Source: Capsulimonadaceae bacterium (GTDB lineage Bacteria > Armatimonadota > Armatimonadia > Armatimonadales > Capsulimonadaceae). Taken from it: DNA of 64,000 nucleotides. Below, piece after piece: positions 9,529 to 19,357 of the stretch. The translations under genes and the position numbers were made by a program. Within the stretch, counting starts at the first letter, position 1. Every line of letters begins with the position of its first letter. The DNA is taken from positions 1-64,000 of the forward strand of contig OZ244065.1 of NCBI GenBank assembly GCA_965215505.1, in the 5' to 3' direction. Below the pieces are notes generated by a model that had not been told where the DNA came from, did no database searches, and saw nothing but the letters and a program-made list of their open reading frames with translations.

Positions 9529-11892
9529 ATGAGACACATCCTGCCCGGCGTCGTCCGGGCGGCGGTCCTTTGCCTGGCGCTCGCGCCGCTGGCCCCGGCT
9601 TTTAGTTCCGGGATGCCCCTGCGGCAGTTTGATCTGCGCGACTCGTACCAGATCGGCGAAGGGGGCGCGTCCCCGGCAGGGACGCCTGCGTCGTCTTCCG
9701 GCGTCAGCGCCGGGCCGATCCGGCTGGCCCGCTTCTCCTATGTCAAGGGCAACGTGACCTGGCGGCCCTCCGAGGGGGCGGCCTGGTCGCCCGCCTCGGT
9801 CAACCTGCCCATCCGGCAGGGGGCGCAGGTGTGGGTGACGGACGGCGGGCGGGCGGAAGTCCAGTTCGACGACGGCAGCCTGCTCCGGCTGGGCGGCGGG
9901 GCGGTGACGACGCTCCAGACCCTGTTCAGCGATGCGGACGGCGAGTTCACCGAGATCCAGATGAACGAGGGGCTGTCCACGCTGGAGCTGCGCGGCCCGA
10001 AGTCCATCTACCAGGTGGACACGCCAATCGTCTCGGTCAAGTCCGAGGGGCCGTCGCGGGTGCGGGTCGGCGTGGACAGCAACGTCGAGGTCGCCGTCCA
10101 GAACGGCAGCGCCGCCATCGAGGGCAGCGGCCACAAGGTGGTGCTGGACTCTGGCAGCTACCTGGACCTGGCCGACGCCGATTCGCCGTTCGAGGCGCGC
10201 GCCCTGCCCGACGCGGACGGCTGGGACCAGTGGAATGATTCGCGCGACCGGCAGCTCGCCGATGCCGGCGGCGGGGACCGCCTGCCGGCCAACATCGCCC
10301 TCGTCGCCGGGGACCTGGGCGATTACGGGGAGTGGCACGACGACCCGCAGTACGGGCACGTCTGGTGCCCCACCGTGACGGATGCGGGCTGGCGGCCCTA
10401 CCGGCACGGGAGCTGGACGTGGGTCGAGCCGTTCGGCTGGACCTGGGTTTCCAGTGAGGCCTGGGGCTGGGCACCCTATCACTACGGAACCTGGGTGGAT
10501 GAGCCTTACGGCTGGGCGTGGGTGCCCGGCCCGGCCCGCCAGTACTGGTGCCCCGCCGTGGTCCACTTCTCCGAATACAACGGCGCGGTCGCCTGGGTGC
10601 CGCTCTGCCCGCGCGAGGTCCGGTATCCGCCCGCCGTGCGCCTTGGCTATCGGGGGGGCGGCTGGTCGCTGTCCTTCTCCATCGGCGGGGCCGCCGTCTA
10701 CTACCCGCAGAACGAGTCGTACTGCGCCCCCCGCCCGTTCGACAACGTCGTCGTCAACCGCGTCACCTACGTCAACAATGTGACCAACATCACGAACATC
10801 AACGTCACCAACGTCAACCGCGTTGATTACCGGCCCACGACCGTCAACCGGAACATTTATTTGACAAACACGCGGTTCATCCCGTTCAACGCCCGGAACG
10901 CGGCGGGCGTGACCACGGCCAGCGTCGCCTCCTTCGGCGGGCGCGGCGAGTACCAGGACGCGCCGCGCGGCTCGGCGGCGTTCTTCGTCCGGGGCCGCTC
11001 CATCGGGGCACCCGCCGCCGGGTCCGCCCCGGTCGCCGGGCCGATCAGCGCCCGGCCCACGGCGGCGGCCTTCACGCCCTCGCGCACCTTCCTGTCCGAC
11101 GCCCGTCCCGATGCGCCCATCCTGCGCCGCCCGCTGTTCCGCACCGCCCTCCCGGCCCCGGTAGCCCGGTTCGCCCCGTCCAGCCCGCGCTACCAGGCGT
11201 CCGGGTCCAGGCCGGGCGCGGCCTCATTCCCCGGCGTGACGCGGGCCGTCACTCCCGGCCGTCCCTTCCTGCCGCGCCCCGGATCGGTGACCGGCTCCGG
11301 CCCACTCGGCAGCCGCCGTCCCGCCCGTTCTTACCAGGGGGCACCCGGATCGTCAGGCCCGAGTGACCAGGCGAGTCAGGCCGCCCGCGACGCCCGCCGC
11401 AGCCTGGGGCAGACGCCCCCGGAGGGCGCGCGGCCCGGTGCGATCCAAAGGCGTCCTTCGCCCGACGCTCAGGCCGGCGGCGATAATGCCGCCCGGCCCG
11501 CCCGCCCGGCGCGGGTCTTCACCGGCGGCCCCGCTCCGCAGGAGCGGCCGCAGGACGCCCCGCGCGAGCTGGGCCGCCCGGCGCGGGAGGCCCCGCGTGC
11601 CCCGGAGACGCGGCCGATTCCCCTGGAAACGAGCCGCCCGGAACCCGTCCCGGTCCCCCGTGTCTATCGCTCCCGTGAGGCGGCCCCGCAAGCCCAGCCC
11701 CAGCCGCGCGAGCCGGAGCGCGCCCCGCGCGAGGAGCGGCGTCCGGCCCCGCCTGAAAACGGTACGCCCCCGGCGCGCGAGCAGCCGAAGGAGGAGCCTA
11801 AAGAGCAGCCGAAAGATCCGCCCAAGGACGATCCGAAGGATCAGCCGAAAGACCCGCCGCAGGAGCGGTCCGGCGGCAGACGCCGCGACTAG
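9529..11892 (+). CDS. FecR-like domain + DUF6600-type Trp-rich protein with Pro/Arg-rich tail
   Basis: Signal peptide; RAEVQFDDGSLLRLG; WRPYRHGSWTW and WGWAPYHYGTW; terminal PK(E/D)x repeats. Confidence 0.85.
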   Translation: MRHILPGVVRAAVLCLALAPLAPAFSSGMPLRQFDLRDSYQIGEGGASPAGTPASSSGVSAGPIRLARFSYVKGNVTWRPSEGAAWSPASVNLPIRQGAQVWVTDGGRAEVQFDDGSLLRLGGGAVTTLQTLFSDADGEFTEIQMNEGLSTLELRGPKSIYQVDTPIVSVKSEGPSRVRVGVDSNVEVAVQNGSAAIEGSGHKVVLDSGSYLDLADADSPFEARALPDADGWDQWNDSRDRQLADAGGGDRLPANIALVAGDLGDYGEWHDDPQYGHVWCPTVTDAGWRPYRHGSWTWVEPFGWTWVSSEAWGWAPYHYGTWVDEPYGWAWVPGPARQYWCPAVVHFSEYNGAVAWVPLCPREVRYPPAVRLGYRGGGWSLSFSIGGAAVYYPQNESYCAPRPFDNVVVNRVTYVNNVTNITNINVTNVNRVDYRPTTVNRNIYLTNTRFIPFNARNAAGVTTASVASFGGRGEYQDAPRGSAAFFVRGRSIGAPAAGSAPVAGPISARPTAAAFTPSRTFLSDARPDAPILRRPLFRTALPAPVARFAPSSPRYQASGSRPGAASFPGVTRAVTPGRPFLPRPGSVTGSGPLGSRRPARSYQGAPGSSGPSDQASQAARDARRSLGQTPPEGARPGAIQRRPSPDAQAGGDNAARPARPARVFTGGPAPQERPQDAPRELGRPAREAPRAPETRPIPLETSRPEPVPVPRVYRSREAAPQAQPQPREPERAPREERRPAPPENGTPPAREQPKEEPKEQPKDPPKDDPKDQPKDPPQERSGGRRRD

Positions 11893-11910
11893 CGGGGCAG
11901 GGAAAACGGA

Positions 11911-11938
11911 AACGCCCGGCGCGGATGCGCCGGGCGTT
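11911..11938. terminator. probable bidirectional intrinsic terminator
   Basis: AACGCCCGGCGC-GGAT-GCGCCGGGCGTT between convergent genes, with A-rich and T-rich flanks. Confidence 0.7.
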
Positions 11939-11955
11939 CTCTTTGCCTGAAGATG

Positions 11956-13419
11956 TCAGGCCTGCGTGATCTCGACCGCCCACGCGAACTCGCCCGACCC
12001 TTGCGCCGGCATCTGGACGACCAGGGCGTCCGCCGTCTGCGACCACTCCAGAGGTTCGTCATGGCCCAGCAGGCGGACCACGCCGATCTGGCCGTCCCAC
12101 AGGCCCGCCTCCGAGCCGAGCGACTTGACCGTCAGGCTCTTGCCGGGCCAGGCCAGCGCGATGGCATAGAGCGTGTCGCCTTTGGCGGTGAACCGGACGT
12201 CTTCGCCGGTGAACGGCTGCCGGGCGGTGTCCGTGAACGCGCCTTCCTTGACCTCGGTCGGCCCCTCGCCGAAGACCTTCCAGGGGCGCGTCCCGTAGAC
12301 CGCCTCGCCGTTCGTCTGGAGCCAGCCGCCGATGCGGCGCAGCATCTCTTGCTCCGGGGCGGGGATCGTCCCGTCGGCCTTCGGGCCGATGTTCAGCAGC
12401 AGCGCGCCGTTCTTGCTGACGATGTCCACGAGGTCGCTGACGATCTCGCCCACCTCTTTGTAGTCCTGGCCCTCGATGTAGCCCCAGGAGTTCTTGGAGA
12501 CGGACGTGTCGTTCTGCCAGAACAGCGGGCGGATGCCCGAGAGCTGGCCGCGCTCGATGTCGAAGACGCCGATGCCGTCCGGCATCGCCCCATATTTGTA
12601 GTTGATGGCGACGCCCAGCCCCCACGCGGCGGCGCGGTTGTAGTAGTAGGCCGCGAACTTTTGCAGGTACGGCACGAACGCATAATGTTCGATCCACCAG
12701 TCAAACCAGACCACCTGCGGGCGGTACTTGTCCACGATCTCGCAGGTCCGCAGCAGCCAGTCCTCCAGGAACTCCGCCGTCGGCGGATCGCCCTGCTTTG
12801 GGTCCCCCCAATCGGCGGGCGCGGGCTGGGCGGGCGCATACAGCCCGGCATTCGCCTCGTCCGACACGTCACTCGGGAACTTCCGGCCCCCGTCAAAGAA
12901 CCACCAGTGTTCCGCCCGGTGGGAGGAGGCGCTGAAGACCAGCCCCTTCGCCCGGACTGCTTCGGCCAGCTCGCCGATCAGGTCGCGCTTCGGCCCCATC
13001 TTCGCCGCACTCCACTCCGAACGGTCTGAGTCGTAGAGCGGGAAGCCGTCGTGGTGTTCGGCGACCGGCATGATGAACCGCGCCCCGGCCTCCTGGAACA
13101 GCGCCGCCCAGGCGTCCGCGTCGAAGCTTTCCGCCGCGAACTTGGGGATGAAGTCCTTGTAGCCGAACTCGGTCTGCGGCCCGTAAGTCTCGACGTGGTG
13201 CTTGAACTCCGGCGTCCCTTCCTGGTACATGTTCCGGGGATACCACTCGCTGCCGAAGGCTGGGACACAATAAAGGCCCCAGTGGATGAAGAGGCCGAAC
13301 TTGGCATCCTCATACCAGGCCGGGATCGTGTAGCCCGCCTTCAGCGACTCCCATGTCGCCTCGAACGGCCCGGCTTCTATCACCTCGGCGATCGTCTGCA
13401 TCGTGATTAGTGCGCTCAT
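11956..13419 (-). CDS. GH29 alpha-L-fucosidase
   Basis: WYEDAKFGLFIHWG, AEHHDGF, VWFDW and LLLNIGP motifs; start at ATG 13419 after GGAGGAG. Confidence 0.93.
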   Translation of the reverse strand: MSALITMQTIAEVIEAGPFEATWESLKAGYTIPAWYEDAKFGLFIHWGLYCVPAFGSEWYPRNMYQEGTPEFKHHVETYGPQTEFGYKDFIPKFAAESFDADAWAALFQEAGARFIMPVAEHHDGFPLYDSDRSEWSAAKMGPKRDLIGELAEAVRAKGLVFSASSHRAEHWWFFDGGRKFPSDVSDEANAGLYAPAQPAPADWGDPKQGDPPTAEFLEDWLLRTCEIVDKYRPQVVWFDWWIEHYAFVPYLQKFAAYYYNRAAAWGLGVAINYKYGAMPDGIGVFDIERGQLSGIRPLFWQNDTSVSKNSWGYIEGQDYKEVGEIVSDLVDIVSKNGALLLNIGPKADGTIPAPEQEMLRRIGGWLQTNGEAVYGTRPWKVFGEGPTEVKEGAFTDTARQPFTGEDVRFTAKGDTLYAIALAWPGKSLTVKSLGSEAGLWDGQIGVVRLLGHDEPLEWSQTADALVVQMPAQGSGEFAWAVEITQA

Positions 13420-13503
13420 CGTGTCTCCTCCGTGTCCTAATGCAACGGCGGCCTTCGGTTTTCCTCCGCCGTGGCTAAGGGGTGTCAGTGCCCTCTCCCG
13501 CAA

Positions 13504-15414
13504 TCAGGGTCCTGTCGAGACGGCAGTGGCACTCCACAGGTTGCTGGGATCGTGGCTCACGGAGTCGTCTGTATACGGACCATAGAACGTCACGCCGAAG
13601 TTTCCCGCGCTCCCAAAGTCCCCCGCGTTGTTTACGCTCCACGGCATGACGCGGTGATCCGTGTTGCCCCACAGGATATGGCTCAGGCCGTCCAGCCCCG
13701 TCGCCAGGGCCTTGGCACTCCACAGGTTGTTCACCCCGTTGTCCGTGTAGGGACCGTAGCCCGCCGCGAGGGTGAAGGAAAAGTCCGGGTTCACGTTCCA
13801 GAACATGGCCCGGCGGTCCGTGTTGCCCCACAGGAGGTGCGTCGCGTTGTCGGGGCCAACCGACACGCTCGCCGCGCTCCACCTGTTCTGCGCCGCCCCA
13901 TCCGTGTAGGGGCCATACCCCGCCAGGGTGAAGCTGAAGTCCGGGGCCACGTCCCAGAGCATGACCCGGCCATCCACGTTGTTCCAGACGATCCGGCTGA
14001 CGTTGTCGGGGCCGGTGGCGAGCGCCGCAGCCGACCAGAGGTTGCCGGGATCACTGCTGACCGACGTGTCGGTGTAAGGGCCATAGCCCGCAAGGGTGAA
14101 GCTGAAGTCCTGGGCGACGTTCCAGAGCATGACGCGCCCGTCGGTGTTGTTCCACAGGAGATGCACCACATTATCAGGGCCGACCGAAATGGCCGTCGCC
14201 TTCCACTTGTTAAAGGCGGGGTAGCTGCCCGTGCTGTCATCGGTGTACGGCCCATAGCCGGCGAGGGAGAAATTGCCGCTGTCATCCACGGTCCAGAGCA
14301 TGACGCGCCCGTCCATGTTGTTCCACAGCAGGTGCGAGAGGCCGTCCGCGCCGGTCGCCAGTGCCGTCGCGCTCCACCTGTTGTTCGGGTCGCTGCCGAC
14401 GGAGGCATCCGTGTAGGTGCCGAAGCCGTTGAGGGTGAAGGAGCCATCGACGGCGATGCTCCACACCATGACGCGCCCGTCCACGTTGTTCCACAGCAGG
14501 TGCGTGTGGCCAGCGGGGGTGGCGAGGAAACTTTGGGTAGTGTTGTCGTTGTAGGTCCCCACGATCTGCCCCACGTTATTGATGCCTTTGATCTGGGTGC
14601 CGTTCGCCGCAGTGATCTGGTAGGGGACGGGGCCGTCAATCGTCGTAAACCGGCCGCCGGTGTCCAGGAAGCCGTGGTCGCTGAAGGTCCCGGCCAGGTA
14701 GGTCCCTACCATCTGCCCTGCGTCGTTGATGCCATAGACGTGGGTGGTGCCATCTGAGCCTTGAGGAGCAATAACGGTCTTGAAATCGGTGGCGGTTTTA
14801 AGGAAGCCGTGGGTGTGTCCATCCATACTTGAGTAGTATCCCACGATCTGTCCACTGTTATTGATGCCGGTGGCATAGGTGCCGGCGGCGTAGGCGCCCG
14901 TCGCAGCGTCCGGGTCGTTGATCGGTGTGAAGGTGCCGGCACTATCCAGAAAGCCAAAAGCCTCGCCGCGCAAGTTTTGGCAGTATCCCACGACCTGCCC
15001 CGCATCGTTGATGCCGGTGACGTAAGTGCCATAGGCAGGATCAGGGCCGTCAATCGTTGTGATGCGGCCCGCACTCAAGAGAAAGCCGTGGGCTTTGTAG
15101 TGGGCATCGTAGTAATACCCCACGATTTGTCCAGAGGCGTTGATACCCGCGGGTGCGGTGTTAATCGACCCGTCTGGGTCTTTGATGGCCGTGAAGCCGC
15201 CGGAGGTGCTCAGGAAGCCATGGGAGACGTAGCTGGCATCAATGTAGGTGCCTACGATCTGCCCCGTGTTATTGATGCCGGTGACGTAGGTGCCGTATCC
15301 GGTACTGGGGTTGCTGATCGTGCTGAAGTTATAATCCGCGTGGGCCGGGCGGGCGGCAAGGCCGAGCGCCGTCAGGAGCATCAACGCGAGGCCGATAGGG
15401 CGAGTGGAGCGCAT
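13504..15414 (-). CDS. secreted protein with two repeat arrays (probably two beta-propellers)
   Basis: Signal peptide; 6 copies of GIN..GQ(I/V/M)VG and 6 copies of LLW.N.D.R.M.W...YGPYTD...N.W.A.A. Confidence 0.85.
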   Translation of the reverse strand: MRSTRPIGLALMLLTALGLAARPAHADYNFSTISNPSTGYGTYVTGINNTGQIVGTYIDASYVSHGFLSTSGGFTAIKDPDGSINTAPAGINASGQIVGYYYDAHYKAHGFLLSAGRITTIDGPDPAYGTYVTGINDAGQVVGYCQNLRGEAFGFLDSAGTFTPINDPDAATGAYAAGTYATGINNSGQIVGYYSSMDGHTHGFLKTATDFKTVIAPQGSDGTTHVYGINDAGQMVGTYLAGTFSDHGFLDTGGRFTTIDGPVPYQITAANGTQIKGINNVGQIVGTYNDNTTQSFLATPAGHTHLLWNNVDGRVMVWSIAVDGSFTLNGFGTYTDASVGSDPNNRWSATALATGADGLSHLLWNNMDGRVMLWTVDDSGNFSLAGYGPYTDDSTGSYPAFNKWKATAISVGPDNVVHLLWNNTDGRVMLWNVAQDFSFTLAGYGPYTDTSVSSDPGNLWSAAALATGPDNVSRIVWNNVDGRVMLWDVAPDFSFTLAGYGPYTDGAAQNRWSAASVSVGPDNATHLLWGNTDRRAMFWNVNPDFSFTLAAGYGPYTDNGVNNLWSAKALATGLDGLSHILWGNTDHRVMPWSVNNAGDFGSAGNFGVTFYGPYTDDSVSHDPSNLWSATAVSTGP

Positions 15415-15705
15415 CAGAGCAAGTGCCTTTCTGGCAAAGAAAGCGGATGACCGGGAGAACGCCGACAGCCCATGGCGGGCTGCTCGGAAACTCCATGTAC
15501 CGATTATACACTAAGATTGGCTCTGAGACGTGCCTTTGTTCGTTGGTCTTGCTACTGTCTGTGCCTCATTTTCATCCGTGTTCGCTGAAGCGCCAAACCG
15601 ATGCAACCTTTCATTCAAAAAGCCGCGACGTATGATCCCCGGCGGGTCTTCGCATCGGCAGACTCTTCGGAGAACGCTTTGGAAACACAATGAGCATGGC
15701 GAGAC

Positions 15706-17637
15706 TTACTCATGCATCTTCGGGACCGCCGCCGGCTTCGCGCCGGACGGACCCTTGGCGATCTCGGACAGCGTCACCAGCGAGTAGCCGTGCGCCCGCA
15801 GGGCGGCGACCAGGGCCGGAATGGAGGCCGCCGTCACGTCCGGGCCGTTGTGGAGCAGGACGATTGCGCCGGGGCGGACGTGCTGCATCACATACTGGAC
15901 CAGAGCCGGGGAGGAGCCGACGTCCTCGGCGTGGAGCGCGTCCACGGTCCAGTAGGCCAGCGACAGGCCGTAGCTCCGGGCGAGGTGCTGCACGGAGGCG
16001 TCGGCGTTGCCGCCGGGCGGGCGGAAGAAGCGCGGGGCGCGGCCGGTCATGGCCTGGATCACGACGCTGGTCCGCAGCATCTCGGATTCGGCCACGGATG
16101 GGATCACGAGGTTCATGTTCGGGTGGGTGTAGGAGTGGTTTTCTACCTCATCGCCCTGGCGGGTCATCCGCCGCAGGAGGTCGGGGGCCTGCTCCGCCCG
16201 CGACCCGACCACGAAGAAGGTCGCCTGGGCGTGTGCCTTTTCCAGTGCGTCCAGCAGGGCGGGGGTCTTTGCGGGGTTGGGGCCGTCGTCGAAGGTCAGC
16301 GCGACTTGTTTCCGGCTCGCGCTGCCCACCCAGAGGACGACCGGGCGGGCCAGCGCGACGCGCGTCCCGGCCGCCGCCGACGTGGTGAGAGCTGACGTGG
16401 TGAAGTAGGTCCGCGCGAACTGCCGCCCGTCTTTGTAGCTCGGGTCCAGCGCGGCGGCGTTCGCCCGGTGCGCGTCCGCCTCCGCCTGGTTCCCTGACGT
16501 CTGGGCCGCCTGTGCCAGCGTCCATTCCGCCACTTTGCGGGAAGGGCGGAGCCGCAGCAGGTTCCACAGCCGCACCCGCAGCGCGGGCGTCACCGCGTCC
16601 TTCTCCGCCTGCTTGACCATGGCGGCGTCCTTGTTCGTGACCCGCACTGTCACCGTCTGCGTGTAGATCGTGTTCCCATACGAGTCCATCGCGTCCACGC
16701 GGACCGTGTGAGTGCCGTTCGCGACCTTCAGGGTGTTCCAGGCGTAGGTGAACGGCGGCTGGTTGCTCGTCGCCGCCATCTGGTCGTCAATGGAGAACGA
16801 GAGGAAGGCGGTCTGGGCGGGGATCTCGCCGGGTGGGCGGAGATCCGCCACGCCCGAGCAGACGAAGACCGTCCCGGTCCGCCGGGCGGCGTCCGCGATC
16901 CCCCCGCCGAGCCGGTCCGCGTACATCTGGCGCAGCTCCGGCTCGGTGACGGCCGGCTCCAGGGCCGCCCCGCCGTCGAACAGGGGCCGGATGCCGTCGT
17001 CCTCCCGGACGCGCGGGACGCCGCTGTCCGTCTGGAGGAACTTCGCCAGCAGTGCGACCCCCGCCTTCGGATCGGTGCGGTAGGTCGCCATGGCGACTAC
17101 TTCCGCCCGCGCCGGGTCATCCGCCGCGCCGTCCTTGCCCACGATCGCAAGCGCCCCGGCGGCGTCGCCGCCCAGAAGCTGCAAGTACGCCCGCATCGTC
17201 TCCAAGTCGCCCGTCTGCGCCGCGCTCAGGCCGGGCCGCCCTCCCGCCTGCGTCAGGGCGTCCCGCGCCGCGTCCATCTTGGCCTCGAACAGCCCGCACA
17301 AGGCCAAACCGTACAGCGCGGCGGGGTCCTTCGACCTGTCGGCGGCCTGCGTGAAGTCCGCCTGCGCGCGGCCCAGGCTGCCCACATACAGCGCCGTCGT
17401 CCCCCGCAGCTCATACGGCAGGGCGGCGTCCGGGTAGGCCGTGATCAGACCTTGCGCCGAATCCGCCGCCTCCCCATAGCGCCCTGCCTCCAGCAGATGC
17501 AGCGTATATCCCACCTGCGACTCATAGGTCGCCTTGACATCCTCCGCCCGCCCCGCCGTCGCCGACAGGCAGGCCAGGGCAACTCCTACGATGCCGCCAA
17601 ATGTTCTACCAACTCTGGTTTTTCCGCGAAAAGGCAT
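15706..17637 (-). CDS. TPR + Ig-like + NodB (CE4) polysaccharide deacetylase
   Basis: ALTFDDGP, NHSYTH, FRPPGG and IVLLH motifs; TPR-like helical N-terminus; YAWNT..VANGTHT Ig-like segment. Confidence 0.88.
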   Translation of the reverse strand: MPFRGKTRVGRTFGGIVGVALACLSATAGRAEDVKATYESQVGYTLHLLEAGRYGEAADSAQGLITAYPDAALPYELRGTTALYVGSLGRAQADFTQAADRSKDPAALYGLALCGLFEAKMDAARDALTQAGGRPGLSAAQTGDLETMRAYLQLLGGDAAGALAIVGKDGAADDPARAEVVAMATYRTDPKAGVALLAKFLQTDSGVPRVREDDGIRPLFDGGAALEPAVTEPELRQMYADRLGGGIADAARRTGTVFVCSGVADLRPPGEIPAQTAFLSFSIDDQMAATSNQPPFTYAWNTLKVANGTHTVRVDAMDSYGNTIYTQTVTVRVTNKDAAMVKQAEKDAVTPALRVRLWNLLRLRPSRKVAEWTLAQAAQTSGNQAEADAHRANAAALDPSYKDGRQFARTYFTTSALTTSAAAGTRVALARPVVLWVGSASRKQVALTFDDGPNPAKTPALLDALEKAHAQATFFVVGSRAEQAPDLLRRMTRQGDEVENHSYTHPNMNLVIPSVAESEMLRTSVVIQAMTGRAPRFFRPPGGNADASVQHLARSYGLSLAYWTVDALHAEDVGSSPALVQYVMQHVRPGAIVLLHNGPDVTAASIPALVAALRAHGYSLVTLSEIAKGPSGAKPAAVPKMHE

Positions 17638-17690
17638 CAGCCGTTGTTCTCCACTGATTTCAAGTTCATCCTAGCTCATTGCCGGGTGGG

Positions 17691-18431
17691 CTACTCCCAA
17701 CTGAAGTAAAGGTATTTCTGGCCGTCATCAACCGGCACATCCCACTTTTTCCGACCGAAAGTAGTCACCCACTGTTCGAACAGTCCTGCTCTTGCCTGCG
17801 GGTCGTCGGGTAGTTCCACCACTAGCTGATCAGTCGCCTCTGTGATGTCGGTTTCCGGCAGACCGCGTTCCACAGACACCTTACGGACCCAATCCCCTCG
17901 GTCACGCTGAACCTTAATCGCAATCACCTTGACCGCCCCGCGATGGTACAATCGCTGGACGTAGTTTATCGCTCTCTCCCCGGCGAAACCTTTGCTGACT
18001 CCGTCGCCGCCAAAGGTCCGAAGCACACCATCTTCCTGCTGCACCCAAGACAAAGCTTCAACAGAATTGGGCTGCTGTAGCTTGCGCCCGAAGAAATCCG
18101 TCGCCGTGGGTTGGGGTAGGTCGTGCCATGCGAGTACGTCTTGGCCTAGTAACTCGACGGGTATACGTCTCGCCCGCTCGAGCGTCATATCTTGATTCTG
18201 TTCGAGCGTCGAGTCAAACCCGGCAGGAACCATCTTCCAGTCCCGTGTACAGAAAACTGGAACAAATTCGCCGTGAAACTCGCAGATTGCTATATTCTCC
18301 ACCGGCCTAATTAAGCCTTCATGCAGCACCAAGCCTGACGGCGAAGTGGCTGACGGCAAACTGGGTTCCCGCAAATATCCGTACTGCACGACCTTGAATA
18401 GCTTGTTGATAATGGCAGGTACATTCATCAA
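17691..18431 (-). CDS. hypothetical protein
   Basis: 246-aa low-GC ORF, translationally coupled to the upstream gene (ATGA overlap). Confidence 0.6.
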   Translation of the reverse strand: MMNVPAIINKLFKVVQYGYLREPSLPSATSPSGLVLHEGLIRPVENIAICEFHGEFVPVFCTRDWKMVPAGFDSTLEQNQDMTLERARRIPVELLGQDVLAWHDLPQPTATDFFGRKLQQPNSVEALSWVQQEDGVLRTFGGDGVSKGFAGERAINYVQRLYHRGAVKVIAIKVQRDRGDWVRKVSVERGLPETDITEATDQLVVELPDDPQARAGLFEQWVTTFGRKKWDVPVDDGQKYLYFSWE

Positions 18432-18751
18432 GGTTCGTTCTTCGGTTGCGCTGGCATCAGTGCCTCCATGCGGGCAACGGTAGCATCAAAGGCCGCGGCT
18501 ATCAGCCCTTCCAGTTCTGCCTGTTCGTTCGCCGTCAACGCCTCCTGACGGCCCTTCAACTCCTGAAGCCTCGCCTGTTGCGCTTCCGTGAAATAAGCGT
18601 CACCTAGATTATAGGGCCAGATGATTATTGGAGAGAAGGCATCGCCAGAAGTCGTTCGCATAAGAGCCGTGAGAGCTTCCTGCGGCGTCGTGCCGAAACC
18701 CTCCTTGGGTCCCGTGGTCGCGCGAAATCTGGCCTCCTTCAGATGGCTCAT
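18428..18751 (-). CDS. small hypothetical protein
   Basis: 107 aa with a C-terminal coiled segment; RBS upstream. Confidence 0.6.
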   Translation of the reverse strand: MSHLKEARFRATTGPKEGFGTTPQEALTALMRTTSGDAFSPIIIWPYNLGDAYFTEAQQARLQELKGRQEALTANEQAELEGLIAAAFDATVARMEALMPAQPKNEP

Positions 18752-18769
18752 TGCTGTTCCGCTCGCCTT

Positions 18770-19357
18770 TCAGACGCGCTCAAGTGGTTTATGTGGCTCT
18801 GCCGGTAGTTCAGCGCGCATCGAGTCGCCTGATCGCACTTCACCCCCAACTAAGACGGTGCCCATCACGCCTGCCTTGCGGACAAGAGTCCCGGCCTCGT
18901 CACGGCCCAATACTGCCGCCAGAAGCCCTGCCTGGAAGCGTTCAATTTGGGCACAGGGGTTGCGTAAGCCTGTCACCTCAACGACCGCGCCGTCACCCAA
19001 GTACAGCCGAGCGCCGGTGGGCAGACCGAGGAGGTCAATGCCGCGCGTCGTGATGTTCTCGCCCATCTGCCCCGCCGCGACTTCAAACCCCGCTGCCCGA
19101 AGCTCGTCGTGCAACTCGGCATGGATGAGATGCACTTGCCGCAGGTTCGGCTGCGTAGGGTCAGCCGCGACACGGGAGCGATGCTTGACGGTCACGCCGC
19201 TATGAGCGTCGCCCTCAACGCCCAGCCCCGCGAGGAGACGGATGCTCTCCCGGTTTGGCTTGCCGAACGAGTGCGTCGGGCTGCTGCTCATGGCTGTTAC
19301 TACGGCCATTTGTTCCTCCAAGGCTGCCGCTGACGGACAGCACGATGCATCAGCCAC
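18770..19357 (-). CDS. MOSC domain protein (YiiM-like)
   Basis: GVEGDAH, RQVHLI, GENITT and RNPCAQ motifs. Confidence 0.9.
   Translation of the reverse strand: MADASCCPSAAALEEQMAVVTAMSSSPTHSFGKPNRESIRLLAGLGVEGDAHSGVTVKHRSRVAADPTQPNLRQVHLIHAELHDELRAAGFEVAAGQMGENITTRGIDLLGLPTGARLYLGDGAVVEVTGLRNPCAQIERFQAGLLAAVLGRDEAGTLVRKAGVMGTVLVGGEVRSGDSMRAELPAEPHKPLERV

Noticed and set aside
13504-14530. CRISPR-like or DNA-level repeat array
   Set aside because: The repeats are degenerate, in-frame protein repeats with no spacer structure, and there are no cas genes.
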